This document shows, piece by piece, positions 56,302 to 64,000 of a stretch of DNA of 64,000 bases. The DNA comes from the human T2T-CHM13v2.0 reference genome, Homo sapiens. The DNA lies in assembly GCF_009914755.1 (NCBI RefSeq), contig NC_060933.1; one strand, written 5' to 3'. Under the pieces are notes generated by a model that was given only the letters and a program-made list of their open reading frames with translations, made no database searches and had not been told where the DNA came from. The first letter of the stretch is position 1. Every line of letters starts with the position of its first letter. A program made the translations under genes and the position numbers.

Positions 56302-57410
56302 AGTATCTATTGTAAACAAATAGGTAATCTGACACAGACAAATATGGATATAAAATAAAGCTTTGGGCAAAGACACATCATCCAAATGCAATAAAAGTAA
56401 AAACAAGGATGGCAATGTGAGTATCAAAGTGGAATTCAATGTTAAAAAGTGTTTTTCTTTTTTCTTTTTGGTTGAAAAAAGGGATCCTATAATAATACCA
56501 CTTAATACATGAAAAAGGACAAAAAATGCACTAACCATTAAGTGTATGTATGCCCGTCCATCAGACGCACAAATAAAATTAGCAAAAAAGCACATATAAC
56601 TGCAAAGTGAACTATTAAAAGTGATTTTTATTGTATCTCTTCCAGAATATGAAACAAGTAGATCAAAATTAGTAAAGATAAAGATTTGAAAAATAGCAAC
56701 AAGCAAGATTTAATTAAAGAGAATTTTGGCCCATACAACAAAATATAATTTTTCTCTTATATCTGTTGAACAAAGTTCATTGAGTAACTTGGCTTCAAGG
56801 AAAATCTTGATAAATTGTTGAAAGTTGAGACTTGATAGTCTGCATTTTCTGACAATACAATAAAATAAAAAACAGCTAAAACATACTTTAATAATTTGGG
56901 AATGAAGAAACTCTCCCAAATAACTAAGAATCAAAGGGAAACATCAAGATGAACTTATGCATTTCATAGATAAAGATGTACTTAAAGAAACTTTACAACC
57001 CTAAATATATCCAGCATAAAACTTAAGAAAATAAGGAAAAGAACAACAAATTACATCGAAAAGTGGAAAAAAGAGAAAGTACCTGAAAAGAAAAAGAGAA
57101 AAAAATTAATACTAAAAGAGTAGGGAGTATTTTATCGGACATTTCAAAATGTCCAATAAAATAGATAAACCTTTCAAACACTTGATTCTTTTTAAACAGA
57201 GAGAAAAATGAATGATATATAAATATACTAACTGTAATGATAAAGGAGCTACTAGTCTGGATATGAAAGAGAACAAAATGGAAATGGAAACATGCAATTC
57301 TATGTAATATATTCTTTAAATCTTTAGCAAAATATATCATGATAATGAAACAGAAACGAAAATATAAACAGATCGGTACATATAAAAGAGAGGAAACTAA
57401 GATGTGCATC

Positions 57411-57575
57411 ATTCACTCCTCAGATCCCTCCTAAGTCCCCACAGTCTGCCCTCACTCCGCCCTCAGATCCACCACCAGACAGAGACCCCCAGTCCGTCCT
57501 CACTCCGCCTGCAGATCCACCACCAGAGACCCCTCAGTGCCCCCTCACTCCTCCCTCAGATCCACCATCAGAGAT
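57411..57575. repeat. ~3.5 copies of a 44-47-bp C-rich unit (CCTCACTCCGCCCTCAGATCCACCACCAGAGACCCC)
   Basis: Units visible directly; the translation repeats SLRxQIHHQ three times. Confidence 0.85.
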
Positions 57576-59721
57576 CGCTCCAACTTCCACTATTCCATCC
57601 ACTGACCGTCCCCATCACTGACCGGAGGGCTCAGGACAGACATCAGAGATTCTTCCTGCTCAGTCCACAGATGCTGCCATCCCTCTACTCACCTGCCCTC
57701 ATCCACGTCCTCTCAGGACAGTGGTCATTTGCCTCGGGCGGTGACTACAGTCGCAAGAACCAGAACAGGACCCACTTCCTTTTTCTCAATGCCTCCCAGG
57801 CCTAGAGGTACTTCTTACAGTGCTGCCTGGGTGTGTGCAAGCTCAGCAGTCTTCGTGGCCAAAGGTTGCCAGTAGTCAACATGGCGCTTTGCCAAACACA
57901 CTCCTGTTTCTGCGGCTTAGGCTGAGCGCCAGTATGGCGGCGCTCATGTAGACACTCTGGCCTGTGGGCGGCAATGTTGAGGCGATGTAGAGACTGAGGG
58001 GCTGAGGGTTGTCCAAAGGAAAGTAAGCAAGCAGAGGTGTGTCCCATCATACTAAGCCAGGACACAATCAAAGCCTGTCACCTCAGGTTACAGTCTTTCT
58101 CCAATGCTTCTGTGGACACAACAACACTGTTAACCAACAGGAACTAATCAGCATTTACATAACACCGCAAACGCAGCCGAATACACATTTTATTCGTGTC
58201 AATGGGACACTTAGCAAGATATGAACTAACCTGGGCCATAAAACAAATCTCAACAAATTTAAAACAATTGAAATCATACAGTTTGTTCTCTGAACACAAT
58301 AGAATTAAACTAGAACTCAGTAACAGGAAGATAAAAGGAAAATATCCAAACACGCAAAAACACATGCTAAATAATCCATTGTTCAAAGAGAAAGTCTCAA
58401 ATTTTTAAAATACATTGAAATGAATGAAAGTGAAACATAACATATCAAAATTTGTGGAATGTGGCTAAATCAGTGGTGAGAAAAAAATGTATACCACTAA
58501 GGGCTTACATTAGAAAAGAAAAAAATTTCAAAGCAATAACCAAGGTCCCTCACGTACGAGAAAAAGAAGAGCAAAATACACCGAAAGCAAGTGAAAGAAA
58601 GGAAATAATAAGGATAAGAAGATAACTCAATAAAATGTAAAAAGAAAAAATGTAGCCCACTAAGGGCTTACATTAGAAAAGAAAAAAATTTCAAAGCAAT
58701 AACCAAGGTCCCTCACATATTAGAAAAAGAAGAGCAAAATAAACCGAAAGCAAGTGAAAGAAAGGAAGTAATAAGGATAAGAAAATAACTCAATAAAATG
58801 TAAAAAGAAAAATAGAGACAAACCGATTAAACAAAAGCTGGTTCTATAAATGTTAATAAAATTGACAAGCCTGTAGAGGAGACACAAAATATCAATATCA
58901 AGAACGAAACAGGAGATACCACTGTTGACCATGACGAAATCAAAAGAATAAACAGAATACTACAAACAACTCTACAAACATAAATTTCACAACATGGATG
59001 AAATGCATTAATTCTTGAAAAACCACAAATTCTCTCTTACAACATGAAATAGTTATGTTGAATAGACTTAGAACTGAAGTCATAATTTGAAACATCTGAA
59101 AAGGAAATCTTCAGGCCTGGATAGCTAGATCAGAGAATTCTAACAAACATTTAAAGGTTAACACGAATTATATCCAGTCTCTTCCAGAATAAAGGATAGA
59201 AAGAAGACAATAGAAAGATATTCCAACTCATGAGGCCAGTGTTAGTTACTCTGATATCAGAGCTAAAGACAGAAGAAGAAAATAAATCAGTATTCTTCAT
59301 GAATATAGATGGAAAAAATTCTCAACCAAATAATAGCAAAAATAATTCAACAACATATAAAAATAATTACAAACCATGAACAAGTGATATTTATTCCAGG
59401 AATAAAAAGCTGTTTTGGTATTCAAAAATCAATTCGTGTAACCTGCCACATTAGCAAGCTAAAGATAAGCATATTACATGATTATATCAATGCAGGAAAA
59501 GCATTTGAAAAAATTCAACACCCATTTATAATGAAAAAAAAACTTTCAGGAATTAGGAACAGAGGTAAACTTTCTAACTTTTAAGTTAGAAAAAAATCTA
59601 CAGCTAACATCAAACTAAAAGATGAAAGAGACTGAATGCTTTCCCGTTCAGTTTGGGAAGAAGGAAAATATGTCTGTGCTCATCATTTTTATTCTACATA
59701 GCTCTGGAAGACCCAGCCAGC

Positions 59722-60207
59722 TGACAAAAATTCTCTCCATAACCAGACTCTAGCCATACTCCTTTGAACTCTCTTGTCAACTAAACCCTGGCTTTTGGGC
59801 TTTTGTGTTGTCTATAAATTGCCCAATATTAGTAAGAATCCTAGCAAGGCAATTTAGTCAGAATCCTCCATCTTCATATCTGACCACCATTGGTATCTAA
59901 TTGGTTTTCTTATTGTCTACCATCCCCAGGTGATATCTGATCACTCTGGCATGGCTTCAGCAAGAATTCTGTGAGGTCAGTTTAGCCAGATTCCCTCCTA
60001 TTAGTAATTTTCCGTACACTACCAACCCTCCACCCTGCTCTGTGGCTATAAAATTTCTATTCAGAGGGAAACCTGAATATATGGAAACTGGAGATTACTG
60101 CAAGACCCTATTGCAGTAATCTCTGTATCTATTGCAATAATCCCTCTGAATAAAGTTTGTCTTACTATTTTTTAACAGGTGTCACGAATAGTTTTTTCTA
60201 TAATACA
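59722..60207 (+). mobile_element. MER31A-like ERV1 LTR
   Basis: TGACAAAAATTCTCTCC...CAGGTGATATCTGATCAC...CTTCAGCAAGAAT...GGCTATAAA...AATAAAGT...ACA. Confidence 0.75.
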
Positions 60208-60504
60208 GCTCAACAAAACAAGTCTGAAATAGAAGAATAAAGTGGGAGGAATTATTCTCCCCAATTTTTTAACTTTTTACATAGCTACAGAAATCAAGAC
60301 AGTGTGGTATTGGCAGGGGGACAGACAGTTCAATAAAACAGAATTGAGAACTCAGAAATAGTTCCATACAAGTACAACCAACTGACTTTTGAAAAAAGTG
60401 CAATATCAATTCAATAGTACAGTGGTTCTGGAGCAGTTAGATATCATAGACAAAACAATAACCTCAATCTAACCTCATGTCTTTATTAAAAAAAAAAAGG
60501 ATCA

Positions 60505-60802
<298 letters not shown>

Positions 60803-61249
60803 TCACATATCTCAATGTAAAAATATGAAATTTAATGAGAAATTCTTCAGGTCCTAGGACTTGATGAATAATTATTAGACATGACACCAGAAAAGCACAA
60901 TCAATTCTAAGAATTTATTAATTGGATGTTATCAAAATTTAAAACTTTTGCCCTGCGTAAGAGCCTGTTAATAAAAAGACAGGGTAAAAACTGGAAGAAA
61001 AGTGCAAACCACACCTGATAAACCATATCTGACAAGGAGCTCATATCTAGAATATTGTTTAAAGTTTTCAAAAGTCAACAACGACAACAAGAAAAAACAA
61101 GCCAATTAGAAAATGGGCTAAAGGCATGAACCGATATTTCACTGAACAGGATAGATTGATGGAAAATGAGAAAATAAAATAACTTTTATCAGAGGAATGC
61201 CAGTCCTTTTAAATTATCAAGCCCAGAGAGACATTAAAATAAGACAGCA

Positions 61250-61619
<370 letters not shown>

Positions 61620-61664
61620 TTAATTGTATGTGGGTAGGTCCCTTTGATTGAAAGTGAGATAGAA

Positions 61665-62008
<344 letters not shown>

Positions 62009-62446
62009 TTACTATTCAAAATTTGCAAAACTAAATAAGAGTAAAAGAAATTTACATTTTGTCCCTGGATTCACAGAAGACAAAAACATTGTGTGGGAAA
62101 GCTGGAGTTGAGGACGAACGAGATTCTGAAAATAAAAATCCCTGGTACATAGCCAAAATTTCAGAGTCAACTACAGATTTTCAAAGGCTATGAAATAGGT
62201 AACCTCAAGCCACCGACTCCAATAGATAAAAGGAACCAGGTAATATCTGTGTTCCAGGGAGAAAGAATAGAAAACTGGCTGAGTTCTATCACTGACAAAA
62301 CTTAGTGCAAAGGAGGGATCTGGAAGGCGGGAGGGTGAAGGGATCCCCGGCTTGGAGGGTGGGGAGGGGCTGTGCTTCGGCCTCCCCCTCCTACTGCCCC
62401 TCCCCAACAAAGGAGCCCTTTGTGATGTGAAGCCCCAGCTCTGTGA

Positions 62447-62770
<324 letters not shown>

Positions 62771-63321
62771 TAGTTCCACCTTTCCAAATCCAGTGGAGAC
62801 TTCTGCGATGGGAAGTCTCAGGAGAGACCAGAACAGCATGCTTCCAGGGAGAGGCAGGGCAGCCAGGGGTTGGTAGGGGTAGATCGTGTACTGGGATTTC
62901 CATCCCAAGCTCTCAGTCCATCTGTGGGGGAGCCAGGAGGCATGAAGGCAAAATCAAACCCGTGGGCTCAGCGGCCAGGACCGGTCATGAGACGGGGGAG
63001 GTCTCTGGTCATGAGACGGGAGGTCTCTGTCCGAGGCCAGGCCCTGAGCCCTGGCTCATCAGTCCCTTCCTGGGGCAGGTGGCTCGGGACCCAGCCTCTT
63101 CTGTGTGGGGTGATATGGGGCCTGTGCTGGGCCCCCGAGGGCCTCCCACCGGGGCCTGGCATCTCCTCTGGTCTCCTGGCAAGCAGAATGCTACCTGACA
63201 GCTCAGTGGTGCCTGCGGGCCTGAGCCTGGGTGTTCCTGGAGCAGAGGAACAGGGACTGATGGCGTCCATGGTGGACCTCATATTGAAAATCCCTGTGTG
63301 TGTGCGTGTGTGTTTGTGTGT

Positions 63322-64000
<679 letters not shown>

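Overview
Human-type (primate) genomic DNA matching the 9q22 SPATA31E1-SPATA31C neighbourhood; there are no prokaryotic features. Contents from left to right: (1) An intronless NPAP1/UPF0607-family (POM121-derived) retrogene on the minus strand. It has an intact 498-codon 5' ORF with six 63-bp in-frame repeats. A nested Alu>SVA2-like VNTR>Alu insertion separates it from its decayed 3' half. (2) An old L1 and a cathepsin-L-like fragment consisting of the last two exons only. (3) Simple repeats and nested LTRs. (4) The complete four-exon SPATA31E1 gene (1445 aa), which carries two short insertions copied from elsewhere in the same gene. (5) A ~20-kb LINE-1 block containing a near full-length, inactivated L1PA3/4-like element without a target-site duplication (TSD). 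(6) A SPATA31C-type promoter and exon 1, enclosed by a ~99% identical inverted duplication whose junction lies in a chimeric Alu. The most interesting lead is that the retrogene/Alu/VNTR/polyA cassette at 4.2-7.3 kb may be the source locus of a protein-coding, SVA-like composite retroelement (UPF0607). Gene, protein and repeat-subfamily names come from recalled sequences, not database searches.
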